Shown here: in pieces, positions 24,386 to 38,640 of the stretch | How positions within the stretch are numbered: the stretch's first letter is position 1 | Layout: each line of letters opens with the position of its first letter | Assembly (NCBI GenBank): GCA_028534125.1 | Contig: CM052816.1 | Coordinates: 65,102,001 to 65,166,000, forward strand | Length of the DNA: 64,000 nucleotides | Direction: 5' to 3' | Origin: Lama glama | Lineage: Eukaryota | Position numbers and translations under genes: made by a program | Notes under the pieces: generated by a model | What the model was told of the DNA's origin: nothing | Seen by the model: the letters and a program-made list of their open reading frames with translations, nothing else | Databases searched by the model: none

Positions 24386-26889
24386 GTAAAATTCAATCTA
24401 CTCATTCATGAAGCCATTTGGAATAAGCAATAGTCCTGAGTCTACACAGATTGCACTGAAATAAGATCAGACCATTGATTGATTAAATACCAAGTTTGAT
24501 TGTTCTATAACTCTGTGGAGGCTCCATGTAACAGTTCTGTCAAAATTTTAGCATCTCAGTTATAACTAATCTTTGGCTATTTATAAAATGTTCAAATAGC
24601 TTATTGGAGAGAGACGTCTACTAAGTGCTTTCTATGTATTAATCACTTCTTATAAATAATCTAATTCTTATAAAAATGATGTAACAAATATGTTATTATT
24701 CCTATTTGAACTGAGATTCTGAATGTCTCTGTAATCACCCAAAGTTTCAGAGATAATGAGAGAGGAGACCTGATCTTTCCAAATTATTCAGTAAAATAAG
24801 GATTTAAGGAAATAAACAAACCAATGGATTAGGTCAGCTCCCAGTTATTCATCTTCGGTTGGCTGAATATACTTCTTAAAGCAGGATGCTACTAAGGTGC
24901 ATTGGTTACCTACTGGATCAAACCCAGCTGGCACTCACCACACCATCTAATCTCCTTTTCATGTGATAATCTCAGATTATTTCCCTTTACTCCCTGAAGC
25001 AAATCTTGTGTTCCAGTAGAGAAAACATTCTTCATTCTTTCCTTCCTACCTGCCACCCTTTCCCCATTATCCCCCCATGTACTAGTCTCTGCCTTGTCTT
25101 CAGTGACTTCATGTCTGTTTCCCCGATTCTGTTCCTTTCAGGTATGAATGCCTATCCCTCTCTGTTTTGCCCATTTGTACACTTGCCACTTTTTAAAGTC
25201 TGCTTGAAATGACACACTCCGTTGTTTCATGTTCCTAGCCTACAACTGCTTCTCTCATTTTTCTTTTGTTAATTACTTTTGAACTTGTTAGCTGTACCAC
25301 ACAATTTACTAAGCCCTAATTATAGACTGTGGTGTTCTGTAATTGTTTCTGGTTTCAGCCTTATTCTCTGAACAAGATAGTGTTTAAAGTGATCTGTGTT
25401 TTGTATGTTTTTTTTTCTCTCTACAACACTGTCTAGAGTAGATTCTGCACCATGAGGAGATGCTCAACAAATACTTAATTTTTCATTCCGAATATTTACG
25501 GAGTCCTGCTGGAAACCACACCATCATTTAGGACAGAACGAAATGTGATTTATCCAATAGTGGTTCTTTCCAATCTGATATCAGCTCTGTGCATCTTGTG
25601 TACAGATGTATTTCCAAAGAATCACTAGAAAAATTTGCCTCTTTTGTTACCTCTGAAATTTGCATTTTGTGAAATGTGCACATTGTGAAATGTTTGTATA
25701 AAGTAATTTTGAGAACTTTGGGTGAAAGGTATAGTGTAGATACAAAGTATACATCTTCAAAAAGCAAAATGAAAATGCTAATATTTAGAGAGTTCAAAAC
25801 AAAGCACCAGAAACCTTGGATGAATGATGAGGCCAAAGAATTCTTTGTTCCATCTCTAGAGCACTATCGAAGGTTGGAAAATCTGTCCTTTGAAGTGTCA
25901 GAATATTGTATTTTTCTGCACAACCTTGTGTTGCTGAAAATATTGTGATGTTTCCTTGAGGAAGGTGCCTATGGCATTAAAGGACATCTGGAAGGATTTG
26001 AACTTCTGAGGCTGTGTTAAGCACTTATTAACGTAAGATTAGAGGTGGCAAAATGATGGAAAATCTGCAGGTGATTTCAAATCAGGTGTCATGCTGCAAA
26101 TCCTTCTCTTTGGCAATGAGTTTAACTGTGTTTTGGCAGAAAGAAGAGAAGCTGAGAGGGTCAGGATGCAGAAGGCAGCATTGTTTCCAGAAACACTCGG
26201 AAGTAATTTCTTTGTACAGAATCGTACCACGTTTGGAGACTGCCTCACTTAGTGGCCTGAATAAAATGTGCAGTTTGTGCAGCTTTTAAAATCAAGTGCA
26301 TGAGTGAGTCCCACCTTGCTCTGTCTTATCAGGGTATGTTGGAGATGGGAGGGGCCATAATCTCTAATTTGAGAAGCTTTCTCTTTGGTCTCTCTGAATG
26401 TGAGCTTAAGCTCAGTGGACGGTGGTGCGTCTGGCTGGGAACATTTTCAAAATTTGTGCTGCTGGAATCTGGAAATAGGATCTGTTCCAAGCGGAGGTTG
26501 GGGTGGTGGCGTTCCCACTGGTAGAGACAGAAGGACGTTTTGCCAGTTTGCAAGCAGACCAGTGTACTGAGAGGGGGTGACCAGTGGGTAGGTGGCACAG
26601 CCAACGTCCTGCAAGGGCACCCAGGTGACCCTCTCCATCCCCAGGCTGGCAGAGCACTTCAAGACAGAGCTAGAGTGTGGGCAGTCCTAGTGCTCTGGGT
26701 AGCTGGTGTGCAGCTGACCTTGGAAGGCTTGACAGCCAGCAGGGACCCCGCTGCTGAGCTGGGGATCAGACTTGCAATCTTACAGAGCTGTCAGGGAGAA
26801 AGATGGGAGACAGAAAGTGGGGAGGAATAAGGTAAAGACCAACTGTTTGAAGATGGAGCATAAAGTGACCACAAAAACCCCCCAAACAA

Positions 26890-27125
26890 TAATCAAGATA
26901 GCTAACACTGATTGATGCTTATTATCTGTCAGGAAAAATCCCAGTCCTTTCTCTATTTTAACTCTTATCAATCCTTACAAACTATGAGGCAGGTACCCCT
27001 GTCACCCCTACTTTCAAGGGAGGAAACTGAGTCACAGAAATGTTGGGAAGCACGTGAAGGGTCACACATCTAACAAGTGGCAGAGTGGGATTTCAACCCA
27101 GGCATTCTAGCTCCAACCCATTCCA
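26890..27125 (-). mobile_element. MIR SINE
   Basis: 'gaggaaactgagtcacaga...ggtcacacatctaacaagtggcagagtgggatttcaacccaggc'. Confidence 0.85.
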
Positions 27126-27184
27126 TCTCCAACTGCTACAGGGAGACAAAATCAGATGCCATATATAGCCTTTTGAAGAGGGCA

Positions 27185-27410
27185 TAAAGCTTTGAGCTGG
27201 AGAGATAGGGATTTGATTCTCACTTCCATTACTTGTTACTTCTGACACTTTGGGAAAATCATTTTATTTATCTTAGACTTAGTTTTATCATCTGCAGAAT
27301 GGGGGAAATGCTACCTGTTCTACAGATTCTGAAGAACTAAGTGGAATAATAGATATGAACCAATAACATTGTGTCTGGCAAGAAGATACCACTCAACAAG
27401 TATAGTTGTT
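27185..27410 (+). mobile_element. MIR SINE
   Basis: 'cttagttttatcatctgcagaatggggg', 'cattgtgtctggcaag...ctcaacaagtatagtt'. Confidence 0.75.
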
Positions 27411-28059
27411 TGTTTGTTTTCTCTCTCAATGCCCATTAACATAGAGCTCTTTAAATGCTTCGTAGTTGGGAATAGGATTGTTCCTGGGCACAGGGATGAG
27501 CCAAGCTCTGGATGATCAAGGATCTTACAGGCTTTGGGAAGGACATATGGCACCTGGAGGCTTCCTGCCTGCTTGGGTTAAACAATCTGGTTGCTCTCTT
27601 TTAATTTACAGACAAATGTCTTGGCAAGTGTTTTGTATACAGTTAATTCAGTCAACGAAACTTTGCATCTGAAATGTGTAAACTCATGCTTACTTCCAGA
27701 AAGATAACTGGCAAATTTTAAGATTGTGCCTTTTTATAAACATGTTAATCGTCTATTATTTTTAGGATTCCTTGTTTTCATTGTCTTTGTTAGTACCCAA
27801 GAGAACTAAATATAATGACTGTAACTTTGCATTTCTATAACTATACTTGAATTTCAAAGCCTGCTTCATGTTTCGTAGCAGCCAAAGTGTATACGTTAAT
27901 AATTTGAAATATCCCATCTTCAGTCACGTCATGGAGAGCCTGCATCACCTTTCTCATTAGAAGCATTAAGCCAATCCTGACTAAGGAATTTCATGGTCAT
28001 TCTATCTTCCAACAACTTTGGCCTTTAGCTTCAAACTGTACTTAATGCTATTTAAATAT

Positions 28060-30350
28060 ACATACTTTTTTGTTACTGAATTTTATAGCACAATTAGCGC
28101 ATGTTCACTGTAGAAAAATGAGATTACATTAGGCAAGAAACAAAAGGAGAAAATCCGCCATAATTCTAGAGCTAAACACGGTTATATTTTGCTGTTTATC
28201 CTTCCAAATGATTTTCTGGGTATGTCTAGGCATAGGACAGAAATGGCATCATACTATAAATACGACTTGTAACCTGTGCTTTTCACTTAGCAGTTGATCA
28301 TGGACATCTTTATATATACATCTACATCTTTAGTTCTAATAGCTTCAATATAGTCATTGCATTTTTACAGAAATGTTGATTTAAATAATCCTCTATTGTT
28401 GGGTATTGATTCACCTATTTTCCTATACGAACAGTGCTTTGGTAATTATTTTTGCACATACATCTGTGTACCGTTTTCTCATGCTGATTCAAAGGGCAAG
28501 TGTGTTTATCAGGCTTTTGATACATTTGCCAAATACCTGTCTGGAAATATTGTACTGATTATATTCCCACTGGCAGTAAGTGAGTGTGCTAACATTGAGC
28601 ATTATTTTTTTATTTTAATGTACCATCTGATGGACAAAATAGGGCATCTCCTGATTTTATTTACTTACTTTTTGCTTATTCATGAGGTTGATTCTTTCCA
28701 TGTGTTAATTTGAAATTTTAATTTATCCTTTTGTGAATTTGCCTTTTCATGCTCTTTTCCTGTTCTACTGGGACATATTTGTTTTTCTTAGGATTTTAAA
28801 GAGTTCTTCATGTTGTAACTCTATGTACAAAATATACTGTGATATTTTCTTAGTTTGTATTTTATACTTAGAAATATTTTGATATATATATTTTACTTCC
28901 AAAATTAGTTAAGTCATTAGATTCTCAGTTTATGCACTTAGCAGAGTGTCTAGCGTATATAATGCTCTGAAAGACTTTCTGTACCCTTAAAGAAATAAAA
29001 TATTAACAAATGTTTTATTTTAGTACTTCTGTGGCTTCATTACTCACATTTAAACCCTGAATTCATCTGGCATTTATTCCGGCATGATATGAAGGGAGGC
29101 ACTGGGTTTTGTACCCAAATGGTTACTAAGTTTTCCCAATACAACAATTGATTAACCTATGCTGTAAACACTGATAAAAGTTGTTACCTTTATCAGACAT
29201 CAAATCCATGTGTATAGTTGTATCTCTTTGGTGTTTTTTTTTTTTTTTCCAACCACCGGTTTTCCTTCTACTCTGGTACCAGGATAAATTATTTTAATTA
29301 TTATAGAAATTCTGCCTTTTTTATTTTTTGTTTTCAGAAAATTTTCTACATATAGATGCATGTTTATTTATGTGCTGTCTTAAATTATGCAGGCAGGGCA
29401 GTATAGTGGGGGAAGTGATGTTAGGGGTTGATCAACAAGATTGGAAAACACCGATGTTGTTTAGCTGAGTGATGAGTTCATACAGTTTATGATCCCATTT
29501 CCCCTGCCTTTGTGTATTTGTGAAAGTTTCCATAACAAACATTTCGATGTAAGTGAATAGATAAATAAATCAGATTGTAACTGCACATGATTGGAATTAC
29601 ACATTCGTTCCTCTTCAGGAATGTGTGATTTTTTTGGTGTGCCTCCTTTTATGTTCTTCAATAAGGTTTCACAATTCTTTTCCCTGTGTATCCCTTGCAC
29701 CTTAGTAAATGAACGTGCAAACAAAAACCAAGAAATCTTCTTTGTGCCTAGTTGTATAGGTTTTTTCTTTTTGTACCTATCACATTTCCAATTGTTGATA
29801 TGTAGGAAAACATTGACTTGTAATCAATCTACCGTACTGAGCTTTTTAAAAAATTTCTTTTAATACTTTGTTTCTGGAGGGTCTTTCAAATAAAGAGTTC
29901 TGTGATTTTCACATAATTATAGATTTGCATCCTCTTTTCCAATAATTATGACTCTCTTCTCTCTTCTTTAAACATATTGTTAACTAAGTTTGGTGATATT
30001 GGATGTCCTCCTGTTCCTGATGCCAATGGGAGGAAGGGTCTCCAGTCTTTAATCAAGCAAGACATTAGTTACTGGAGGCAGATTTGCCTGATAGTCCTGT
30101 TTTATCAAAGCTTAAAAATCAGGACTCAGTGTTGGTTTTTTTTTTCTTCTTTTTCACATGCTTTTTAGACATTTTTAGAAAGGATTATGTGTTTCTCTTC
30201 TTCCTCGATCTATTGCCATGATGATTTTTTTCAACAGATTTCTTACTATTAAACTCTTCTCACATCCCAGAGTATATGGACTCACAGGCAGTCTGGATCC
30301 TGTGGGCTATTTTACAGAAAGTCCCTAAATTGATGACACTCTTCCCTGAT
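28060..30350 (-). mobile_element. Old L1ME-like element, heavily degraded (small + strand L1 tail at ~29400-29550)
   Basis: T-rich antisense L1 text 'aatggcatcatactata', 'gcttttgatacatttgccaaa', 'tcctgttcctgatgccaatggga'. Confidence 0.65.
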
Positions 30351-30744
30351 TTTCTCCTATTGCTATATTTCTTTGTTGCCTCAAAGCCAGTTTGGGAGCA
30401 AGGAGAATGAAATAAATAGACTGAAATTCCTATGTTATATTGGAACTTGGGTATACTTAACATTGACTAACATTTATAATAGGATCGAAATTTACTCACT
30501 ACAGTTCAGATATAGAAACGTGATTTTTCTAAAACCGATCATTTAGCTCTAGGACTGCTGCTATTCCACTGATAAGGGAGGAAAAAAAAACACCCCGAAC
30601 TTAGATTCTTTTAGGGATTAGAATGATGTATTTTGTGTAAGTGTTCAATTAATGCAAAATTTTGCTCTAGATAAAGGTTGTTTTTCTCCTTTTCAATGAG
30701 TTCTGATCCCTTCCCTAAAAAACACAATGGCCCCTGGGTGCAGG

Positions 30745-30960
30745 AGGAAACTTACATATCCTGGGTTCAAAATGACCTAACCATATGATCTTGACTGGTT
30801 ATATAACTTTATTTCTGCCTTTATTTCATTATCTACAAAATTGGGTATTAAAATGGTAGCCATTTTACAGAACTCTGTGGGAATTGAATGTGTTAATTCG
30901 TGTTAAGTGATGAGAACATTGCCTGGCACACAGTAAATGCCTGGGAAATGTTTGTGATTG
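30745..30960 (+). mobile_element. MIR SINE
   Basis: 'cctgggttcaaa', 'gaacattgcctggcacacagtaaatgc'. Confidence 0.75.
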
Positions 30961-31699
30961 AAGTAATACAATTATTGTTCTCGTAGAACTGGGGAAAGTG
31001 ACTTCGGTTCATATGCCATTTTCCATTTTAGTGTTTTTCTATCACTAAATGCAGTGATTTGGTTGTAGTCCTTTCTGCCTCCAGTTTTGAAGTACCTGAA
31101 GCTGGCTTGATACTTTTGTTATGTCCTCTTAACATAAACGAAGAACAGGAATTGCTTTTAGGGAACTCTGCTCTCTTTGTTGACTAGACTGGCACCCAAC
31201 TCTTGCTGGGGCTGTAGTTCTCAGGTCTGGCTGTAGTTATCATTTGATCCCCAGTTAGGGAAATCCACCCCTAAGCTTAGATTTAGTGTCCCTTTACGCC
31301 CCCTCCAAACCATCACTCTGTCAAGTTCTCCGGCACTGTCAGCCATCTCCCTCTCCTCCAGGGGCACAGGGGGACTTTAAGGTAAATTCTGTGTCACTCA
31401 GCCCACGAGGAAGCCCTCTGGTGCTGTCCTAGACTCTTCTTCCTAAAACACTGAGGTGAGTGTAAAATGGATTTGTTTTGTCCCTCCACCTATCTGGAGT
31501 TTTAATCCTTTCTCTGCTCTCTCATCAGCAGCCAGGCTAGGTAATTGATTTGATGGAAGAGCGGGATAGCTACGGAGCATCATGATTTGGAGTGAATGAA
31601 AAATGTTGGGTTATTATTTTCAAAACAATGATTCCCATCACACATTTACTGCACATTCATTGTTAACAAGTCATAGTTTCTTAAGAGTGAAAAAGAGAT

Positions 31700-31895
31700 A
31701 TGAGGATGATGATACCTTAATGAGTGCTTACCGTGTGTTGTCACTCTTTGGAGCACTTTACCTCTATGAATTCTATATTCCTTCCAACGGTGGTATGAAG
31801 CAGAATATCATAGGTCTAGTGTACAAAGGAACCTAGGTACAGAGGGGTCATGTAACCTGCCCAGAGTCACACAGTAAGTACCAGAGCCAGGATAA
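31700..31895 (-). mobile_element. MIR SINE
   Basis: 'gagtgcttaccgtgtg', 'gtaacctgcccagagtcacacagtaagtaccagagccagga'. Confidence 0.75.
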
Positions 31896-33374
31896 TCTTG
31901 GTCCTTAAAAGCTGAATAGCCAATAATAAATTACATTTTTTACTATAGTTAATAATAATTATGTTTTTGAGGATCTAAAATATTGTAATAGAATGATTTA
32001 TGCTAAATATAAGTGATAAACTATTTCTCCCAAAAAAGTGTATTAAAAATTCTATTGTAGTAGGCTGAGAAGTCTCTCTAGTAATATTTAAGAATAGGAT
32101 AGTCGGTAAAAATATCTTTGTTATGATATGGTACTATGTGGTATGGTGTGGCATGGTATGACGTTGTCTTTATGATGGCAAGGTTTCAGATGAGCTGGAA
32201 ACTGAAATGCCCTTTTAACTCTGAGTTTCTTTTCCTCGGCTACTTAGATTTCAGACACTAAATTGGTTTCATTTTACAGCTCATACTCTTTAGCTTATGT
32301 TACTCCTTCAGTGAATTAAAGAGATTTTTAAACATGAAACTCCAGCTTCCCAAATGTCATTGCCCTTTCGAAAAATTGAGCTAATAAACCATTAGGTGAT
32401 GAAAAATAGCCAGGTCCTTAGACAAGAAACTGCCATTTTTTTTTTTTTTTGCTAAGAAATTCATCTATTAGCAAAATAATCTTTAAGGGTTTTTTTTCTT
32501 TTCTGTTATGTACCTTCATCCCTCATCACCATTAGAGAACAAGGTCTAATTTCGGGTACCAGATGGGTACCCCAAGAATAGCAATGATTCAGCACAGGCT
32601 CCAATTAGAGCAAACAAACTCTGGACCGTTCCTGGGTAATCTTGGAGATGACGGTGAACCGAGGTGCACTGTCTCCTGCATGTCAGGGTTCTCTGCTCGT
32701 CCTTTCTCTACGCTCAGAGCCTTTCAACTTTGCAAGAAACTTGGTAGCTCCTTCTTCATGCTAGCAGCTGAGAGTGGGTGTTACAATTAACTTCTTGCCA
32801 GAAAAGTGATAGGATTCCTTTCAAAACTCCTTCAATGAGGATTTAAAGAAGCAAGCATCAGAGTTTGAGAAGAATATCCAACCTCTGGCAGTAAGGTTGA
32901 AAATGTTCATTTGACCTGATAGAAGGCCGTGGAAGAGCTTAGGCCTGGACACAAAAACTGTAGATTAAATCTTATACCACATTTGAGTGTCCAAGAATTA
33001 GAACAGGCTCCTCTCATGCCTGCCAGTGTGACTGCAGAATAATAATCCTGAGAAGAGCCCATTTTTAATGAATCAATTTTGCAGCGTCAGTAAGATCTGA
33101 GCCTCCTAAAAATCCCAGTGCTTGCTTCCCAGAGGTAAAGGGCAAATGAAGTAAAATGAAGCTAACGTGTAAGGAACACCTCCTCTGATCCAGGTACAAC
33201 TCGATATTCAAAAGGGTTAAATAACGTCCTCAAGGGCACAAAATCAGGAAATGGCCAAAACAGAATTTGAATCCAGGTATGACTAATTTCAAACTCATGC
33301 TCTTCTACTAATTCATTTTGCTCTTTTCCTTTTCATCTTGGAATAAACATTTGTTTACTTATTTATTTAGGTTA

Positions 33375-34400
33375 AAAAAATTGAAACATACAGTTGATTT
33401 ACAATGTTATTCTTCAGATGCACAACAGAGTAATTGGATATTTTTATAGATTATACTCCATACAAGGTTGTTATAAGTTATTGGCTGTATTCCCTGTGCT
33501 ACTACATCCTTATGTCTTGTTTATTTTATACCGAGTAGTTTGTACCTCTTAATCCTCTTCCCCTATTATGCCCCTCCCCCGCAAATGGTAACCATTCTCT
33601 GTATCTGTGTGTCTGTTTTTGTTTTGTTATAGTCATTCATTTATATTATTTTTTAGATTCTACATATGAGTAGAACATACAGTATTTGTCTTTGACTTAT
33701 TTCACTAAGCATAATACCCTCAAGGTTCATCAATTTGTTGCAAATGGCAACATTTTATTTTATTTTTTATGGCTGAGTAGTATTCCCGTGTGTGTGTTTG
33801 TGTGTACATGACACATATTCTTTATTCATTTATCTATTGTTGGACACTTAGATTGCTTCCATGTCTTGGCTATTGTCAGTAATGCTGCTATGAACATTAG
33901 GATGCACGTATTCTTTCAAATTAATATTTTTATTTTCTTTGGTTATATATCCAGGAGTGGAGTTGCTGGATCATATGAGAGTTCTATTTTTAGTTTTTTG
34001 AGGAGCCACCATACTGTTTTCCATAGTGCCTGTATCAATTTGCATTCCTACCAACAATGTACTAGGATTCCCTTTTCTCCGTGTCCTCACCAACACTTGT
34101 TATTTGTTGTCTTTTTGATAGCAGCCATTCTGACAGGTGTGAGGTGATAGCTCATTGTAGTTTTGATTTGCATTTCCATGATGATTAGTGATGTTGAGCA
34201 TCCTTTCACGTGCCTATTGACTATCTGTATGTCTTCTTCGGAAAAATGCCTATTCACGTCCTTTCCCTATTTTTTTAACCAGGTTGTTTGTTTTTTGATA
34301 TTAAGTTGTATGAGTTTCTTATATATTTTGGATATCAACTCCTTATCAGACATATCATTTGCAAATATCTTCTCCCCTTCAGTAAGTTTCCTTTTTTTCC
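33375..34400 (-). mobile_element. L1 3' ~1 kb (ORF2 C-terminus plus 3'UTR)
   Basis: 'aatgctgctatgaacattagg', 'ccattctgacaggtgtgaggtgatagctcattg', 'tttgcaaatatcttctccc'; explains ORFs 33866 and 34163 as antisense L1. Confidence 0.92.
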
Positions 34401-35587
34401 TAATGTTAATTGTTCTTCTCTGGTAATATCTTAAAATTCCTTATTTTGGAATGAAGTGAGATAAATCAAGATTTCTTCATAAGAATGAAAATTATTTGGA
34501 GAAAAAATGGCAGTCTGCTGAAGGGGTTGACTTGCTCCTAGATAGACCCTGAATATGAAAGAGAAAGAAAATTTTAAAAATGGCTTTCTCATGGCAGAAG
34601 AGTATTATAATCTCTGCCTTAATAGGTCTTTATTTTGTTGTTTGGAAACTTTAGTGACTACAATAAAATGATTGAACAGTAAAACTCTTGAACAAAAAAA
34701 TTTCCAAACTTGTTGTCTAGCTTCTTTTCTGCTGTTGTTTTAATTTTAACATTAAAAAGCACTACTTTTTACCGTTGATTAAAAACTTATTCCTTGGTTC
34801 CAGCAAAAGTTAAGGTGCATGTATAGTTTTCAGTCTGTGTGTTAATGAGTCCACCACAGTGGGCTCATTCTCTTGAAGGATGCTAATGGGTTGTCACTTT
34901 GTAAGGTGTGGAGAACCCATAGGTCCTAGTCATTGGTTTCTTGGTTGTGTTAATTTCCTTATTTATGTTTATTTTTGTTAACATTGAACTTTTCCACTTT
35001 ATGCCTTGTTTGTCTTCTATTTGTATAATCTATAGGCAATGTAATCTATAGCAACTGTTAATCAAGAAGAAATAATACCTTGAGGGTACAGAGTTACTTG
35101 GTGCTCTGATAAAAGTTGTTCTCTTGAAGCCTCATTAGAACAACTTCCATACACTTGCCTTAAGTAAGATCTGCATGATGCTCTGCCAACTATCCTAGTC
35201 TCTTTTAATCTTTTCATTTCATTTCCTTCAGACTCTAACTATACCCCACATAATCTAAACCAATAGTATCACTAGGTCTTAAAATAATTTGGTTGTAATT
35301 TATCTTAAGGAAGTTGTTCACAGTGTAGATTTTGTAGAGGAATAAAAAGCAGGATTGTTGCTAACTGATAAATGGAAGCAACCAAAGAAGAAAGGGGTGT
35401 GTTGGTTTAAAAAGAAACTTCTGAAAAAGTCTGGTTCACTATGACTTAGAGATGAGAGTTCTGCTTCTAATGGTTCTGACTGAGAAAGCTGTACATAATA
35501 GAACCCAGGATCTACAGCATGAGTATCTGTCCTTCTCCCATTCCCTCCCTTTCTTTCTGTCTCTGTCTCTGTCATCTGTCAGTCCTA

Positions 35588-35620
35588 CCATCCATCCATC
35601 CATTCATCCATCCATCCACC
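35588..35620. repeat. (CCAT)n tetranucleotide repeat
   Basis: Direct reading. Confidence 0.85.
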
Positions 35621-36949
35621 TATCATCTATATAATGTTGTTTTGTTTTAGCTAGAGAGGTAGAATGGTACATGTTTTAGAACTGAGCTCATCTCATGATG
35701 GAAAGGGCTGATTACGATTTGTAATGCATGATTTGTAGGCTACAGTCTATGCCTATATCCCACAGCCTTCACTGATGAGACCATTTGAATGCTTTGAAAG
35801 TACTCAAATGGTGGACTTTTACTTTAATATGATATGGCACAGAAAAGCATTGAAAAAATAAAAAGCCTCCATGCTTCAGTGAATTCCACCTTCCAATGTA
35901 GGTAGTGAGCTGCTCACACCAGGGGTTTTGTGAGGATTGTCTTGCTGTCATTCTGTTTTCCCTCATGATGACTCAGGGGTTTTTGTCCTGAGGCCCTCAA
36001 TGGACCTGTTATAATTTAGCTGGCAGTGACACATCGCAGAGGCTCCTTCCATCTTGGCCTCAGGCCAGCAGACTACGCACCATGCTGTCCTATGATTCAC
36101 ATGACAGAACTGCTCTAGTCACCTCCCACTGCCCAGGCCGGGAAGGGCACCATAATGAGGCAGTGGGAGGGATATGGTTAGAAAAGTTGTTGAAAAGAAG
36201 CTTCTGTTGTAACTTTCCTCGTTAAGGTAGAAAGCTAAAAGCAGAGCAAGGTATAGTCAAGTAACAGACCCTACGTTTGTGAGAGATGAATTGGGAAGTC
36301 CCAGGCATTTTTTTGGGGGGGGGGAAGAACTGTGTTTTAGGGAGCTGCAATTATTTCAGGGGAAGGGAAAGGCCACAAAACACAGAACACTAGAAAGAAA
36401 TGTAATTTATTTGCTGCTAAATGACTCAGCTGGACTATTTTGAAATACTGGTCAAGGTAAGTGTTGAAAGCGGGTATTTTGGCATTTCCGTACTCTTAGA
36501 AGTGAAGAACTGAGCTGCCTTGGGAGCCAAATGATGTACTTTTACTTTCCAAAATTTCAATTATTTTATAATAAATTTGTGCTGAAATCAAAAGTGGCTT
36601 GTGTTCTCTTAGGTAAGAGTGATCGCCTGTACATTAGTCATTCGATGGGTGTTTACAGAATACTTTCTGGCTGTGGAGTTTATAGTTACCTCTTCTGCAG
36701 GCAGAGGTCTGATCAGATGTGCAAAAGGCATGAAAGAGACTGCCAGCCCCCATTTCTGTGTTCCTTTCCCTCTACTTGGGGAAAAACACCAGTGTATGAA
36801 GTGATATTTGAATAACTTAAAAGTGAAGTGTTTGCAAGAGCAGAATAACCCAGAACAGACTTTGAAGCCAGTAGGCATGTGCATCAATTTCTGCCTCTGC
36901 AGGGCCCCACACCAGCTACTCTGTGCCTCTGTCAGAGCACTTAGTGTCT

Positions 36950-37088
36950 GGTGCTCTTCGTCTCCCTCCCCCTCCGGTCTGTGAGCTCCTTGTGGAGGGA
37001 CATTGTATTGTGTTTGTCCTGGCATCCCTGGACCCTAGCACAGTTGATGTCCTTCCACAAGTGTCTAGTAAATGTCTGGCAAATGAAG
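36950..37088 (+). mobile_element. L2 3' end
   Basis: 'ctgtgagctccttgtggagggac...ccctagcacag...gtaaatgtctggcaaatgaa'. Confidence 0.75.
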
Positions 37089-37249
37089 AAGAGGGACTGC
37101 TCTTATTATTTTATGGGAGGAGAAGGGAATACAACGATTGTCTGTGTGGGCATAAGCTACAAAGGAAAATATTTGTGTTTTGTTTTTTTTTTTTTTTAGT
37201 GTAGAGAGGAAATGTGCTTTCCTTCTCATAATTCTAGTCAAGGGATGCA

Positions 37250-38080
37250 GTTCAATTTAGCAGAATTCAGTAAAAAGTGTACTGAATGTATGTTATGTTG
37301 TGATTGTGTACACAGACATGAAATGCTTTCTACCCTCAAGTGTCTTAGAGTCCAGGATGGCAGTGACAGTGAGACATAGATTGTTGTAGTGTAATTTGGC
37401 AAATAAGCACTTGGCGGCATTCAGAAGGCATGTGGGGGGTCCAGGCTGGCAGTGGGGATGGGGTGGTGGATCGTGGGAGACTCAGGAAACTCTTTGCAGG
37501 AGGAGGTGACGTTTCAACTGAGTCTTGAAGCATTAGTAGTCAAGTAACAAAGGAAGGCAGGGGATATAGGGAACACAAAGAGGGAAAAATAGAAGAAAAA
37601 CAAGGGCACAGAAGTGGGAAGCAGCACGGAGTGCGTGGGGAGCTACAAGTGGTTCAGTATAACGAATGAGTGAAATAAGTGTGTGGGGGACAAACAGGCA
37701 GTGTCAATGACAAGGAGACATATTAGAAGGTACCTGAAATGGTGTGGGTAAAACTCTGAAAGCTCTTGGTGGTGGGGAACCTTCAAAGAGAGGATAGAGC
37801 TGAGAAATCTTGGCCAGGTACTCCAGCAGGACACAACCACTGATTGAGTGTGGGTGACCAGGGAGTGGGAGAGGCTCAGGATTGTGGCTAGGGTGTGGGC
37901 GGATGGTGGTACCATCAATGAGAGAGGGAGGATACAAGAAGGAACGTATTTAGGAGTGAAGAAAGAGTAAACTGTTGAGTTCATATACAGACACGTATTT
38001 GAGTTGATTGTGGATCTTCCAAATGGAGACGTCTGGCAGGCTTCCAAAAGCATAAATTTGAAGCACAGAAGAACTCCAGA
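37250..38080 (-). mobile_element. L2 fragment
   Basis: 'ttcagtaaaaagtgtactgaatg', 'gcaggaggaggtgacgtttcaactgagtcttgaag', 'gatggtggtaccatcaatgaga'. Confidence 0.75.
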
Positions 38081-38084
38081 TATG

Positions 38085-38640
38085 ATGTAGGATCATACTG
38101 TCTGTACAACTTTAATCTTGCTCTTTTCATTTAACATCATAGCAGAAGCATTTTCTCATGTAGTTAAAGTATCTTGTAAAATATACTTTAACTGTATAGC
38201 ACGTTGTGAGGTTTCTCATATTTTATTTAGCTATTCTGTTACTACTGGACATCTAAATTGTTTCCCAATTTTTATTATGTAAGGAGCACTGCTGAGAATG
38301 CCTTTTGCATATAAAGCATTTTCCATATATCATGTTGCTTCCTGAGTTAATATATAAAGATGTATAACACCATTCTAACTTTTGGTACTTATGATCAAAT
38401 TCCTTTCCAAAGGCTTATGTCATTTTGAAGCTGATAAGCAATATATGAAATGTGTATTTCATCATATAGACACCATTATCAAGTATTTTATTTAAAAAAA
38501 GCTTAACTTTGCTAGTTTGTAAGCAAGACAAAAATCTTGAGATTTTCATTTTTTCATTTTTTTTGATGAATACTGAGATTGAATATTTTATTTCCAATTT
38601 TACATGCTTATTAATTAAAATGCTCATGTTTTCTTGTGGG
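38085..38640 (-). mobile_element. Old L1ME-like fragment
   Basis: 'ggatcatactgtctgtacaac', 'ctggacatctaaattgtttcccaattttt'. Confidence 0.6.

Noticed and set aside
25528..26971. Cluster of overlapping 60-100 aa ORFs
   Set aside because: No recognisable domain; they overlap on both strands, as expected by chance in slightly GC-richer DNA
26890..27410. Head-to-head MIR pair as a functional inverted repeat
   Set aside because: Arms are highly diverged and MIRs are abundant here, so the arrangement is unremarkable
32813..32890. In-frame 78-nt exon candidate DSFQNSFNEDLKKQASEFEKNIQPLA|gtaagg
   Set aside because: The acceptor lacks an adjacent pyrimidine tract and has competing upstream AGs; peptide not recognised
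33866..34426. Hydrophobic 87-93 aa ORFs
   Set aside because: Antisense translation of the L1 ORF2 3' end
35969..36428. Two AP-1 (TGACTCA) sites
   Set aside because: Several such 7-mers are expected by chance in 64 kb
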